Below, in pieces: positions 1 through 12,224 of a DNA stretch of 64,000 nucleotides. Both the position numbers and the translations under genes were made by a program. The DNA comes from Eledone cirrhosa (taxonomy: Eukaryota): positions 378,510,001 through 378,574,000 of the forward strand of contig OZ024740.1 of the NCBI GenBank assembly GCA_964016885.1, given 5' to 3'. Position 1 is the first letter of the stretch, and the number at the start of each line of letters is the position of its first letter. The notes beneath the pieces are model-generated. The model was not told where the DNA came from, did no database searches, and saw only the letters and a program-made list of their open reading frames with translations.

Positions 1-1638
1 GGGTTTGTGGTCAGGAGTTTGATATTTCAAAATTTTCATATTTTTCAAGAAAAAACACATTTAAAAAAAATTTATCAGTTCATATAATTAAATCAACAGA
101 GTATATATTTATTTTATTACACAAGCTTATCAAAAGCAAACAAGTAAAAACAAATAACACTTATAAAGCAACTTATACACGTCAGAAATGACTGGATTTC
201 CTGGATTTGCGGTTGTAGTCCAGGTCGCATTCCCGCACTAGCCCCCAGATATAGTCCCCCCATCATTTTTTCATTGTAGTGGCCCTGGTACCTCCACTCT
301 ATCTCTTTCACATCTTGGTGGAATCGTTCGCCTTGTTCTTCTGAGTAGGCGCCCATATTGTCCTTGAATTCTTCCAGGTGAACGTCCAGCATATGAAGTT
401 TAAGCAACATCCTGCATCCCATGGCGCCAAAAGCCTTTATCAGATCCTGCACCAGTTGCTGGTAGTTTTCAGCTTTGTAGTTGCCCAGGAAGCCCTTAAC
501 AACTGCCTTGAAACAGTTCCATTCTATTCTCTCAATCCTATTGAGCTTATTGGAGAACTCGGTAGACTCCAACACCTTCTTTATCTGAGGTCCAACAAAA
601 ATTCCACCTTCGATTTTGGCCTCAGATAACTTGGGGAAGAACTCAAGAAGGTACTTAAAAGCAGCTGATTCTTAGTTGAGAGCCTTCACAAACTGCCTCA
701 TCAACCACAACTTAATGTGCAGTGGCGGCATGAGCACAATCCTGGGATCAACCAGTGGATCCCACATGACGTTCCGAGTCCCAACTACAAATTCTGTTTG
801 CTGCTCCCAGTTCTTTCTTTTGTAGTGGTCAGAGGTGGCTCTGCTGTCCCAAAGGCAGAGGAAGCATTGGAATTTGATAAAGCCTCCTTGGAGTCCAAGC
901 AGGAAAGCCACCATCTTGAAGTCTCCAATGATTTCTCAATTGTACTGGTTGTATATCAGAGCTTCCAAGAGGATTTTCACACTGTAGTAATCTTCCTTCA
1001 GGCAGACTGAATGAGCTAGGGGCAGTGTCGGGAACTTGTTTCCATTGTGGAGGAGGACAGCCTTCAAACTTGTGGTGGAGCTGTCTATAAATAGGCGCCA
1101 CTCCTTGGGCACAAACAATAACGTCAAACAGTCCAGGCACGTCATGGCAGAAGCAGAGGTCATCCCTAAGAGTGTAAAAGTCCGAGAAAGGTTTGTGTCG
1201 ACTTCTCTGACTTGTCACCTGCACTTCCTCCTTGACCAAGTTCCACTGCTTCATCCTGGAGATGAATGCTTAAAACACAACTTGCCCTTTATTCAGGGTG
1301 CGAAAATCCAGTATCAATAAATCTCTTTAATCCACTTTTTAACAATTTTATACTTTATTGCACTTTTATAATTTTCTTTAGGTATTACTCTTTATTTTAT
1401 AATTTTAATTTAATCTGAAATACATATAAAAAAATCATTTAACATAAGCAAATTAAACTTACATACAACGTAAAATCCAGCATACAAATAATTCTAGTGA
1501 ATAGCTTAGAATTTTTACAAACCCAAACTTTTAACTTTTTAATAGCACTTTTTTTAAAATTTATTTGGGACCTCAGCATCACAAAAAAAGTGATTACAAG
1601 CCAGGAACAGAGAAAAAATTTTTTTTTGTTACACAGTG
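1..1638 (-). mobile_element. Chapaev3-like (CMC superfamily) DNA transposon, decayed; other end lies left of the window
   Basis: Minus-strand terminus reads CACTGTGTAACAAAAAAAAATTTTTTCTCTGTTCCTGG from 1638, flanked by TTA (fits a TWA target site). Transposase motifs WRLFIDSS, PPLHIKL and GAYSEEQGERFHQD lie inside. Family assignment is from recalled motifs. Confidence 0.75.
190..1260 (-). pseudogene. Fragmented Chapaev3-type transposase
   Basis: Colinear ORF pieces 936-1163, 672-914 and 117-575 (SLKAVLLHNGNKFPTLPLAHS; GLQGGFIKFQCFLCLWDSR; LKLHMLDVH...SEEQGERFHQD...RYQG) are broken by stops and frameshifts. The N-terminal part is missing. Confidence 0.85.
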
Positions 1639-1719
1639 TTATTAATCAAATGATCATCTTATGTGTATGATAATCTGGAACCCACATTTCTGTAAGAGCA
1701 AAAGAAACTGAAATACTTT

Positions 1720-2075
1720 TCTTCTTCGCCCACTTATTCTTGAGAAGGAAGGTCGTGGGGGCAGAGTCTTCAAACACACCTTCCAGTGGGTCCTGCCAGA
1801 AGCAACTGTCTCCAACTGATCTGGTTGGGTCCCCAACCATCTTGCTCGGGGTCCATCCTTGAGTCTTCTGCTGGTTGGTTTTACCTATAGTGTCAGAGCT
1901 ATGATCTCTCAATTCGGAGAAGTGGTGATTCTTCCTGGAGTGACTTGCCGATCTCCGAGCTACGCACTCTATTGAGTAATGTTTCTTCAAAGACCCTTCG
2001 GAGGAATCCCATTTTGGATGCTTGTATTTGCGATCATATTCTTTCAGTCATTACCCAATATTCATGAACATTGGT
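1720..2075 (-). mobile_element. RTE-like LINE 3' fragment
   Basis: Similar to the copies at 12340-13032 (+) and 14135-14640 (-); decayed C-terminal RT region with a (GAA)-like tail. Confidence 0.6.
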
Positions 2076-2374
2076 ACAAATACCAAAATGAAGATAGCGA
2101 ATTTGACTTTTACATCTACCCCCTTCTTCTGATTAGTCTAGTCTATCCATATATCTATTCTGTCTTCTTGATTTGTCTCCAGCCCTCTACATTAAATTAT
2201 CTCTCTCTCTCTCTCAGTCTTTCCTACACTTCAAAATATGTGGTCATCATTTTAAATGTGAGACTTTTTAATGAGTATAATGAAGCCACATCATTGACAG
2301 ATGAGAAAACAGTTTTGAGTGACCATAGACCTCTATCAATATCTCTCACTATGAAGAAACCCATATTGTTAAAT

Positions 2375-2890
2375 GTTGCTTCTTCCCACATCCTGGATGC
2401 TGCGATTAGGGCGAGAGCTACAGCTTCCACACCCAAACGGAACAAAATCCTGAAATACTGTGATCTGTCAGCTAACTACATTTTCCAGCTTGTGGTGTTT
2501 GAGACATTTGGGGGAGTTGGGCTGCTAACTGTGAGGTTCTTGTCTTCACTGGTGGCTCGCCTAACCAAGGTAACTGGTGATGCTCGTGAGGGCACTTGGC
2601 TGTGCATCAGCTTCGCCATCACCCGAGGTAATGCTGCAAGTGTGCTGGCTTGCCTAAAAAATTACTAGTGAGGTTTCCCAGTGCTCCTCATGATATTGTT
2701 ATCTTTTGCTCTGGCAGCAGTTCGTTTGTCCACCCCTTTCGCCTGCCTTTTGTTGTATGTGGTCTTAGATGAGTGTATTACTTGCTTGTGTTTTTTCTTT
2801 CTTTTTCGTTTCCCTTATCTTTCTTTTTTTTTCTTTTTCGATTTGTAATATTATGTTAACGGTTATCCCTTAATAAATTTCATTAAAATC
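2375..2890 (+). mobile_element. 3' fragment of a restriction-like-endonuclease non-LTR retrotransposon (CRE-like)
   Basis: End of ORF 1979-2668 reads KILKY...FQLVVFETFGGVG...REGTWL...AITRGNAASVL, the ET.G...RGNA signature of CRE-type RLE C-termini. A T-rich 3' UTR and AATAAA follow. Confidence 0.65.
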
Positions 2891-3250
2891 ACTAAACGAG
2901 CAGTTCCTTCTATTTTTTTTCTATGATATTTTGTGGATTATATTTATAAGGTTCCTAGCAATAATTAATTGTATTTGTTAAACGAGTTTATATTTTCATT
3001 CTGTAAGAAGTATTCATTAAGTATTGTATATATTATTTGTGTCTATGTTTTTATTCTGTAAGCATTATATTATTATTTCATGTTGATTATAAAGAGTTTT
3101 CATCATATATACATTAAAAAAAGACAAACAAAAACAACTTTACTTTTTCTTTACCTATTAAAACGACCTTACGTATATGTTTTTATGTCATTTGCATGTG
3201 TATTTCTATTTAAAATATTGTAAGTTTCCAAGCTCTCTTCTTAATCAATT

Positions 3251-4525
3251 TAAATAATAATAATAATAATGAAAATATTGTGTACAGTGTTCAGGTGCAC
3301 TACAACTCATCAAAAGTGTATGTATAGTACATAGGGTATGCAATGTACAAACGTCAGGAAAATGAACAGTGCATGAGGTCATGATATACACATATGTGCA
3401 TGTGTATGGAAGGGGACATCAGGTGTAGTTTTGGTGAATTTCGGGAAGCATGAGGGTTTTAAAGGATGCAGTGTCTTGGCAGCTAACAACTGATGCAGGC
3501 AGTTTGTTCCATGCTTCAGCAAATCTAAGCGTGAAAAAATGTTTCCGAAAGTCACGGAAGTGTGCTGTTTTCTGACTTTGTAGGCATGTCCACGTGTGTT
3601 AGACACATGGAGATCAAAAAGGTGCTCAGGGTTGTTGTTGGTGAGATGGTTAATAACTTTGTGGGTGTTTACCAAGTCCATTGCCAGACGTTGGAGCTTC
3701 AATGAATCCATGCCCAGGAAAACAAAGCGTTCAGAGTATGGTAGGTGTCTGATGGAGGGTATGCGCTTGGTTGCCGTCTCTGAACAGTTTCCAGGAGGTC
3801 AATGTTCTGAGCAAGATAGGGGTTCCAGACTGATGATGCGAATTCCAAGTGTGGTCATACCATAGCTGTATACAGCTTTAAATAGATGGCTGGAGAGCAG
3901 CTAACAAAGGTCTTGCTGAGTGATGCCAAGACACCCTCGGCATTCTTGACAATTTTAGAGATGTGCTTTGTCCAACGCAAATCGCTGCTGACAGTAATGC
4001 CCAGGTCACGTTCACAAGAGGACTTCTTGATATCAGTGTTGTGGAGGGAGTATGTGGACGCTGGATTTTTCCTCCCAAAATGCATGGTGGTACACTTGTC
4101 CACAGCCAGCTTCAGTTGTCAGTCTGTGATCAATTGCTGCATTGTGTCAGGTCTGATTGTAGGAAAGAGTTATAGATTTCAGGATCTGTCCTTTTGATTT
4201 CAAGGTACAGCTTGATGTCATCTGCATATTTCAGTACTGTGGCATTCTTTAAGTTGGCATCTATGTCATTAATGTATGCAACAAACAAAAGGGGACCAAG
4301 AACAGATCCCTGTGGTACACCAGAGGACATCTCATATGGTGAAGAATGCTGTCCTAGAACCGTGACTACTTCTTTTCGGCTGAGAATGAAGGATTTCAAC
4401 CAGTTATAAAGATCATCCTTCACACCCATTGCAGAGAGTTTCGCCATAAGCCTTTTGTGTGGTACAGAATTAAAAGCCTTAGCGAAGTCAAGGTAAACAA
4501 CATCCACCCATGAGCCACTGTCATA
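3251..4525 (-). mobile_element. CR1-clade LINE, 5'-truncated and decayed
   Basis: RT motifs VDVVYLDFAKAF, SGVPQGSVLGPLLF, YADD and ERDLG; C-terminal NTRGHAYK; (ATT)n tail near 3251-3270. Confidence 0.9.
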
Positions 4526-5032
4526 CAATTTGATTGTATATACGCATCACTGATACAATGATAAGTTCTAAGGTACTGGAGTTTTCGTTTAATATTTACT
4601 AAATTTACTATAATTATCGAACTCATTTTATTTTTTAAAAAGTAACAGAGAATATAAATATAAAAAAAAAAATCCCACGGGGCTTTGCACACGCTGGAAC
4701 AACCTACATTTAAAGCAGAAATAATGCAGTGTTAACCCCTGTTCTTCAGGTTAAGTAATCCCCCCCCCCCCATCTTTTTTTATGCTTCGAACCTGAACTA
4801 ACAATTCTTGAATTTTATCCAATATTCGATAGTTACAACATAAAGGGAGATAACTGTATTGTAACCTCGTTGTCAGTTATCTATCTTTATACGCAAGAGG
4901 GCGCATACAAATTTATTAACAAACAGGAGCTACTAAGACACGCGTGCATTTTTTCATCAACATGCCGGTGTTTATACTTTCACTGCATATAAGTACAACA
5001 TTTCCTCTGTAAGTCCTCTGTTGTTTATTATA

Positions 5033-5181
5033 AATAATTGTTTCTACTTTTTGCACAAGGCCAGCAATTAACCAGTACATTACTGGTAGTTTATTTTATC
5101 GACCCCGTAAGGATGAAAGGCAAAGTTAACCTCGGCGGGATTTGAACTCAGAATGGCAAGGGCCGTAACACTATGCGTCAA
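5033..5181 (-). mobile_element. tRNA-derived SINE (Meta-domain-like family), partial
   Basis: Minus strand has B box GAGTTCAAATCC followed by TTGCCTTTCATCCTTACGGGGTCGATAAAATAAA; the same sequence recurs many times in the window. Confidence 0.8.
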
Positions 5182-5520
5182 AATTATAAATAATGTTTGT
5201 AAGTAATCGCCTTATTTAAATAGGTTATGTTGAAAACAAATAATTTAAATGTCACCTTGCAGTCGAATTTAACTTTAACACTGCTATCATTGATAGTTAC
5301 ATAACTTCCTGGAGTTGATTGTTGACTGAATTTTCGAACTGTTTTTGAATTGTTGAAATGGACTTCAATTTTTATCGACTACTCAGATTTATACTAATAT
5401 AAAAACAAAACAAAACAAGGAATCAGACAGATATCTTTGACCTCGTAAAGAGCGTAAATTAATCCATAAACGTGCCCTTTTAATTTATTATCGGGCTGTT
5501 CTTGAGCTTCGTATTTAATC

Positions 5521-7464
5521 ATGTCGCGACGTACTAGCGAAATAATCGGCTTATTCAGAGGAATCGAAAGTATTAGTAAAGCCTTAATTGAGTTAAAGTC
5601 AACAGAAATAAATACATTTTGGCAAAACTCTAGTCTAAAAACTGCTTCCCAAAATGCCGGTAGTTGCGCTTCTCAAGCAATTCAAACATCTCGTTATAAT
5701 GGGTCTGACGTTCGTCAAAGAATTTCTGATAGCTTTGAAATATTGTCACAACAGACATTTGGCATTTACAATGCACTTTTTAAGCAGGATTCATTAAAAA
5801 AAGATCCTGAAGCTGAAGATTATGAGGAAAATGTGGATTTCCCAAACGTTTATTCTGAAGATGGAATTGATGATATAATTATTCAGTCAGAGATGTTTTC
5901 TCCGAAATATACAGACGAGAAGGAACAAGTCCCCACAGACATAAAGGAAGAGCAACACACAACAGAAGCACCTGTGATAGATGTGGAACTGTCAAAAAAT
6001 TTATCTAACGAGCAAGCGCCATCAAACGAGTATGAGATTACATCAGCTCTCCAAGATTTTGAACCACCTTTACCAAAGTACAACTTGGAAACTAAACAAG
6101 AGCTATCTAGCATATCTAAAGAAAGACGTGTTCCTGCATCAAGGATTGCTAGGTTAGCAAGTTATGGTGGTTTAGCTGCTGGCCTTGGTATTGGAGCCTT
6201 GGCAGAAGTTACCAGGAGAACACTAGGTATGAAAACTCCTGAACAAATTAGTAACACAATACTAGGGCCTAGTCCATTCATGACTGAAGCAAACATTGAA
6301 CGAGTAGTAAGCACTTTGTGCCGTGTGAGAGGAGCAGCTCTGAAGCTTGGGCAAATGATGAGCATACAAGACAATACTTTAATCAGTCCTGAACTTCAAA
6401 AAATATTTGAACGAGTACGAATGAGTGCAGATTTCATGCCAAAATGGCAAATGATGAAGATATTAAATTCTGAACTTGGTCCTGATTGGCAAAATAAGGT
6501 GTTATCTTTTGATGAGAAACCTTTTGCAGCGGCATCAATTGGTCAGGTTCATCAAGTAACACTTCTTGATGGAAAGAAGGCAGCAATGAAAATTCAGTAT
6601 CCTGGAGTTGCAGATAGTATTGATAGTGATATAAATAATTTGATGAGTGTATTAAAAATATGGAATTTCATCCCAAAAGGTGCTTATCTTGATAACATGA
6701 TAGTTGTTGCCAAAAAGGAATTATTGTGGGAAGTTAATTATTTTAGAGAAGCAGAATGTGGACAAAGGTTTAATGAACTTCTTAAAGATGATCCTGTTTT
6801 TGTAGTTCCTGAAGTATTCACAGAATTAAGTGCATCACGAGTTCTAACTACAGGTTATATTGATGGTGTTTCAATTGATAAATGCATTGAGATTGATCAA
6901 GAGACAAGGAATTGGATTGGTAAACATTTACTAAGGCTAACGCTTAACGAGCTATTTAATTTTAGATTCATGCAAACAGATCCCAACTGGGCAAACTTCT
7001 TTTTTATTCCTGAAACAAGACAAATTGGTTTGTTGGATTTTGGTGCTAGTCGGGAATTTAGTAAATCTTTTGTTGATGGATATATAAAAGTTATAAAATC
7101 TGCAGCTAACCAGAATCGTGATGGTATTCTCACAGGTTCCCACGAACTTGGATTTTTAACTGGATATGAAACTAAAGTAATGGAAGAAGCTCATATTGAT
7201 GCTGTAATGATTTTAGGGGAAGCTTTCTCATTTGAAGGAGAATTTGATTTTGGAACTCAGAAAACAGCCAAGCGTATTCAAAATTTAATTCCTGTCATGA
7301 TAGAACACAGATTAACACCACCTCCAGAGGAATCTTATTCTCTTCATAGAAAAATGTCTGGTGCTTTTCTTTTGTGTGCAAAACTAAAATGTAAAGTTAA
7401 CTGCAAGGAACTTTTTGAAGAAGTATGGAACAATTTCCAATTTGAAAATGCAGATGTAAACTAA
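5521..7464 (+). CDS. COQ8: Atypical kinase COQ8 (ADCK3/ADCK4, UbiB family), mitochondrial, single coding exon, 647 aa
   Basis: Uninterrupted ORF with all UbiB motifs: ERRVPASRIARL, GxxxG-rich TM helix, ALKLGQ (KxGQ), PFAAASIGQVH, AMKIQYPGV, QTDPNWANF, LDFGA and RLTPPPEESYSLHRKMSG. Confidence 0.97.
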   Translation: MSRRTSEIIGLFRGIESISKALIELKSTEINTFWQNSSLKTASQNAGSCASQAIQTSRYNGSDVRQRISDSFEILSQQTFGIYNALFKQDSLKKDPEAEDYEENVDFPNVYSEDGIDDIIIQSEMFSPKYTDEKEQVPTDIKEEQHTTEAPVIDVELSKNLSNEQAPSNEYEITSALQDFEPPLPKYNLETKQELSSISKERRVPASRIARLASYGGLAAGLGIGALAEVTRRTLGMKTPEQISNTILGPSPFMTEANIERVVSTLCRVRGAALKLGQMMSIQDNTLISPELQKIFERVRMSADFMPKWQMMKILNSELGPDWQNKVLSFDEKPFAAASIGQVHQVTLLDGKKAAMKIQYPGVADSIDSDINNLMSVLKIWNFIPKGAYLDNMIVVAKKELLWEVNYFREAECGQRFNELLKDDPVFVVPEVFTELSASRVLTTGYIDGVSIDKCIEIDQETRNWIGKHLLRLTLNELFNFRFMQTDPNWANFFFIPETRQIGLLDFGASREFSKSFVDGYIKVIKSAANQNRDGILTGSHELGFLTGYETKVMEEAHIDAVMILGEAFSFEGEFDFGTQKTAKRIQNLIPVMIEHRLTPPPEESYSLHRKMSGAFLLCAKLKCKVNCKELFEEVWNNFQFENADVN

Positions 7465-7874
7465 TAATATTTTAAACAAAGAAGTAATTTATCTTTTATA
7501 TAGAGTTGCCATTTTATTTTCTCGGTTGTTAATTGTTTGAAAGGTCTATAAAGTGGTTGTTATTGGAATTTAAATGATTACACATAAGGGAAAAACAACA
7601 AAACAAAAATCAATAGTTTCCCATATATCCTGTTGGGGTTAGGGTTACCCTTCATCTTTTTGAGTTAGTAAAAATCTACCAGTTATATATTAAGGTTGAC
7701 TTAGTAAAATATATATCTTCTTAGAAATATCAATCATATGCCAGCATATGTTCAAACATATAGTATTAGATATACATTTTGGAATACAACCTTATCTGTT
7801 TAGATATATATGTCCGCTATATGTAGACCAGTTCATATTTCTGTATATACAATTTTTTTCCTTCTCTTTCTCAA

Positions 7875-8180
7875 ACACAAAGACCGAGGAAAACCTGGTA
7901 TGATGTGAAGGCTGACCTCGTGCAGCTGAATCTCACAAAGAAGATGATATGCCATAGGACATATTCACCTACCCATGTGAGTGAGATGAAATGGGGATGT
8001 GAAATGACATTTAGCTCCTTCACAGCTAACATGCTTCACTTTCATTCCTGATTCCTTTGCCCACCTTCTCTAAATGACTCATCAACTCACATTCTGACCA
8101 GTTTAATTTCAGTATATGACAACTCATCTAACCTATGCAAGCATGAAAAATAGATGTTAAACTGTGATGATGATGATGTA
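7875..8180 (+). mobile_element. RTE LINE 3' remnant
   Basis: AGACCGAGGAAAACCTGG (RPRKTW) followed by a family 3' end and a (GAT)n tail at about 8165-8178. Confidence 0.5.
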
Positions 8181-9849
8181 ACTTCTCATTAAATCAATTA
8201 TCTCTAAGATCTGCAGCCATTGGAATTCTTTTACCTCTGCCCATGTTTTGCTACTGATGTTGACATATAGATGATTAAACTAAACATCAAAAGTGATAGG
8301 TCCTGACTCATCTTCTGACTATCTTATATTTAAAAGGGGTTTTAAAAATTCAAAAATAAATTTTCTGATGAACTCCTCTATATATTCTAATAATGCCCCT
8401 TTAATTTAGTTTTTTCTCTGTCCACAGCCGTTTAGACGATGCATATCCCTCTATTACGGGTAACTGAATTTTTGTCATCACGAGTGTAATGTGTGGTTTT
8501 GTGTTATATATGTATATATATATATATATATATATTGAATACAATGAGTATTTAGTGAGAGTTAATAACATAAGGGACGTAACTATATTATGTTAATAAA
8601 ACTCATCACTCAAAATATTGTCTTTTTGTTATACTATGTATATAACTATCTGATATATGTTTTTATTTCTCATTTGCTCTGTTGCCTTTTAAATTCAATA
8701 AAGCATAATATTTTGTTGTTTTGAGATTATATTTAAAGTGTCTGAAATAATGAATTATCCACTAATGTTTAAAGGGAGATAATATTCCATTTTACAATTA
8801 ACTTATTTGTCAATCTGTTGAACGTTCATATGTAACTATATGAGTTAAGTCATTATTTTGGAGAATAGATTGTAAAATGATTTAATAAATCAAAGCCATT
8901 TCAGCCAGAGTCATTCTGTATCTAGACAGGGCTTTTGAAGCCTTAAGCACTAAAAAGATTATAGTATCGACCACTCCCCATAAGTCTACAAAAACATGTT
9001 TTTGAATGACAAATACATTTAATTCAAATAAAATAGTGCCCCACTTCTTTTGTTGCCTTCATCATGTGATAATTACGTTAAATGATTAACTCAGCCCTGT
9101 ATTTATGACTAGATTATTAAATGTCATGATTTTCTAATCTTTTATTTAGACTATCTGGTACTAGATTATCAGTATGTCCATTTTCTTATGGCAGGATGTA
9201 GTTGAGGGAGATTTGGATTCTATTTGGTACTTGTGCATATAACATTATTCATTTATGAAGTATGAAATGCATTAAAAAATAAATATCCATTGCATATTTG
9301 TCTGGATTATTCATCCACCATATATACTTTAGTAGATTATAAGCTCAAATATTTTTCCATCAATTATTTTCTCCATTATTCAGTTTAGCTTGTGTACAAT
9401 TTCATTGCATGTTTTAAGTATTATAGTTATTTTTATACTAAAAATATATTGTATTTCTTTGCGTTATTTTAGTACATACAGAATTTTAGCAAAATTGACT
9501 ACAAATATTATTGTGCTTATGCATGTATAATATTTTTCTATAACATAATTATGAAAATGATCCAGGTTCTCTCAATTTACCTCAATAAAAGGGAGCTTAA
9601 CAACTAATTTAGGAGACTTGTTTTACTACAAAGGGTTTATATTCTTATTCATAAATGATACTTTCTTCATAAGAATTCTCATGAGAATTCTTGAAAATAA
9701 CCTGTGTATAATTAAATCATTAAATACTGATACCAAAGCACATAACTACAAACTAGTAAGAAATCCACCTTAAATGGTTATCCTCTCTCTGATATTTGTC
9801 AAAAATGATAGGTTTATTTAAATATAGAATTATGTAACATTTTTGTATA

Positions 9850-10049
9850 NNNNNNNNNNNNNNNNNNNNNNNNNNNNNNNNNNNNNNNNNNNNNNNNNNN
9901 NNNNNNNNNNNNNNNNNNNNNNNNNNNNNNNNNNNNNNNNNNNNNNNNNNNNNNNNNNNNNNNNNNNNNNNNNNNNNNNNNNNNNNNNNNNNNNNNNNNN
10001 NNNNNNNNNNNNNNNNNNNNNNNNNNNNNNNNNNNNNNNNNNNNNNNNN
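9850..10049. other. Assembly gap (200 N)
   Basis: Run of exactly 200 N, a fixed-size scaffolding gap; true distance unknown. Confidence 0.99.
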
Positions 10050-10199
10050 GTCCACTTTTGCAAGGGTGGGACGGGAACTGATGCTGGCTTGATTTCTACA
10101 GCTGGATGCCCTTCCTAACACCAACCTCATTTACAGTGAGTGCTGGGTGCTTTTTTGCTGTGGCACCTCAACGACCTCATTACAATGATAGGGACCCCA

Positions 10200-10344
10200 G
10201 TCCCTATCATCTCATTTCTACAGCTGAGTAAACTGGAGCAATGTGAAATAAAGTGTCTTGCTCAAGGAAACAACACATCACCCGGTCTGAGAATTGAACT
10301 CACAACCTTTCGATTGCAAGGCCAATGCTCTAACCACTAAGCCA
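10200..10344 (-). mobile_element. tRNA-derived SINE 5' part (CORE-like second family)
   Basis: Minus strand has TGGCTTAGTGGTTAGAGC (A box), GAGTTCAATTC (B box) and GTTTCCTTGAGCAAGACACTT. Confidence 0.7.
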
Positions 10345-10355
10345 TTATATATATA

Positions 10356-10738
10356 TACGATATTAACAAATGGAAACTATATTTATGAAACCATATTTAT
10401 TTCATTATACATATTTCAAGGACACCAAGTTAAATTATGGTGTGCTTTCATCAGATAAAATATAATATAGATCAGTTTTATAAATAAATATTGACATACC
10501 CTTAAAGAATGCAACCATTACTGTTGGAAGCTCCTGGATAGTGGAGTTATAGCGTTAATTATTAGTATTGGATATTTAAAAAAAATAAGCCGTTGGGTTA
10601 CGGAGAAATAGAAAGATAGAGAGAGAGCAGAATAAACATTTGTTAATATCGTATTTTTACTCCAAATATTTGTTGAGTGCTTTATATCAGTTATAAAAAT
10701 ATTTGCTTGTTGTATCCCAACAATTTAAATAGAACTCT
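10356..10738. mobile_element. Penelope-like pseudo-LTR remnant (inverted pair) next to (TA)n
   Basis: 10356-10500 resembles 59530-59681, and 10640-10738 resembles 62356-62460 of the Naiad-like element. Confidence 0.8.
10398..10462 (-). ncRNA. Type I hammerhead ribozyme motif
   Basis: Minus strand: TATTTTAT CTGATGA AAG-C-ACACCA loop TGGTGT-C-CTT GAAA TATGTA TA ATGAAATA. Confidence 0.8.
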
Positions 10739-10740
10739 TA

Positions 10741-12081
10741 CATCATCATCATCATCATCATCATCAACGTTTAATGTCCGTGTTCCACGCTGCATGGGTT
10801 TGGATGGGTGGTTTTCCCACTTGAGGCAAGAGTGATTGTCTTGCTCGCATAGGACTGTCTGGCAGGTTTTCTACAGTTGGATGCCCTTCCTAACACCAAC
10901 CACATTTACAGTGTGGGTCTGGGAGGTTTTTACCGTGTTGCCTACACGGCCACATTACAGCGTGGACTGTGTGTTTTTTTGTCGTGACACCTACACGATC
11001 TCATTTGTTTCGGCCTGGATGGTGTGGCACCAACATAACTACATAGAAGGGGGCGGTGTGGATGGGGTGGGGGTGGTGGGACGGGGGTGTATTTTGTTAG
11101 AGATGCCTACTGACTGTAGTAGGTTTTACTTTGTATTTAGGTAAGGCGGGTCTTCTCTATTACTGAGTACCGCCAAAGGTCTCGGTCCAGTGACATTGTC
11201 TTGGTGAGGTGTAAGTGTGTGAGGTCGGAGTTTATCAGCTCGTCCCAGGTTTTTCTGGGTCTGCCTATTCCGTGGCTACCGTCTATCTTTATTGCCCTGC
11301 ACTTTGTTATACAGCTATCGTCCTTCATGCGCATCACGTGACCATACCAACGTAGCCTTCTCTCTAGTAAACAACATCTGATCCCTCTTATTTCTAATTT
11401 TTTCCTTAGTTCGTTTATGCTTTGCCGTTCGCGTATATTACTATTACACATCCAGCGGAGCATGCAAGCTTCGTTTCTCTCTAGTCTGCGTATATCCTCT
11501 GCACACAATGCCCAGATCTCACTGCCATGCAACATTGCTGTTCGTATGCAGGCATCGTACAGCCTGCCTTTCATTTTTAGGGAGAACCCTTTAGCGGCTA
11601 ATAGTGGTATAAGCTCTCTGAACTTTTTCCACCCAGTTCTGACTCTAGCTACTGTACTTTCAGAGCACCCTCCCCCACTGCTGATTTTGTCACCCAGGTA
11701 ACGGAAGCTGTCCACTATTTCTATAGAACCATCTGTGCAATGGAATGAGCTAGTATTTTGTGATAACTTGCTGCTACTTATTGCCCCAGAACACCGGCCA
11801 CATGTAAAATCTATGTTCTTAGTTAGCTTACCTGTGATCCCACTACATCTTTTATGCACCCAAACTTTGCATTTGGGACACAAAATGGAATTTCTACCTA
11901 CGCCTTTCCTACACTCTGCGCATGGCCACTTCCCGGAGGGGACCGCCGCCTTATTTTCTTTCTTACAAACTAGAACTTTAGTCTTAGCCAGGTTAATTTT
12001 AAGGCCTTTTGATTCTAGGCCGTGCTTCCATGTTTGGAATTTCTTCTCTAGCTCGGCCATTGATTCAGCTATGAACGTTAG

Positions 12082-12083
<2 letters not shown>
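10741..12083 (-). mobile_element. RTE-clade LINE, 5'-truncated, with a PHD-like finger inside the RT C-terminal region
   Basis: ORF 11137-12126 contains GLKINLAKTKVL, a C4HC3 finger, IEIVDSFRYLG, RRLRWYGHVMRM and GRPRKTW. (GAT)n tail at 10741-10764; 5' end abuts (TA)n. Confidence 0.9.
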
Positions 12084-12129
<46 letters not shown>

Positions 12130-12224
12130 TATGTATATATGTGTAACCCATGCTAGCGTGGAAGACAGATTTTAAACGATGATGATGATGATGATGTATG
12201 TTTGTGTATGTGTGTTTTTCTGAA

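Noticed and set aside
1979-2668. 229-aa ORF as a membrane protein gene
   Set aside because: Chance fusion of antisense RTE sequence, a (CT)n tract and a CRE-like C-terminus.
4842-4888. Inverted GGGAGATAACT-like motifs upstream of COQ8 as promoter elements
   Set aside because: Similar motifs occur elsewhere (8773, 37090) and no functional evidence is visible.
8540-8620. Degenerate palindrome next to (TA)n with GTGATGAG
   Set aside because: Too decayed to assign to the hammerhead foldback class.
9753-10130. ORFs spanning the N run
   Set aside because: Artefacts of translating the assembly gap.
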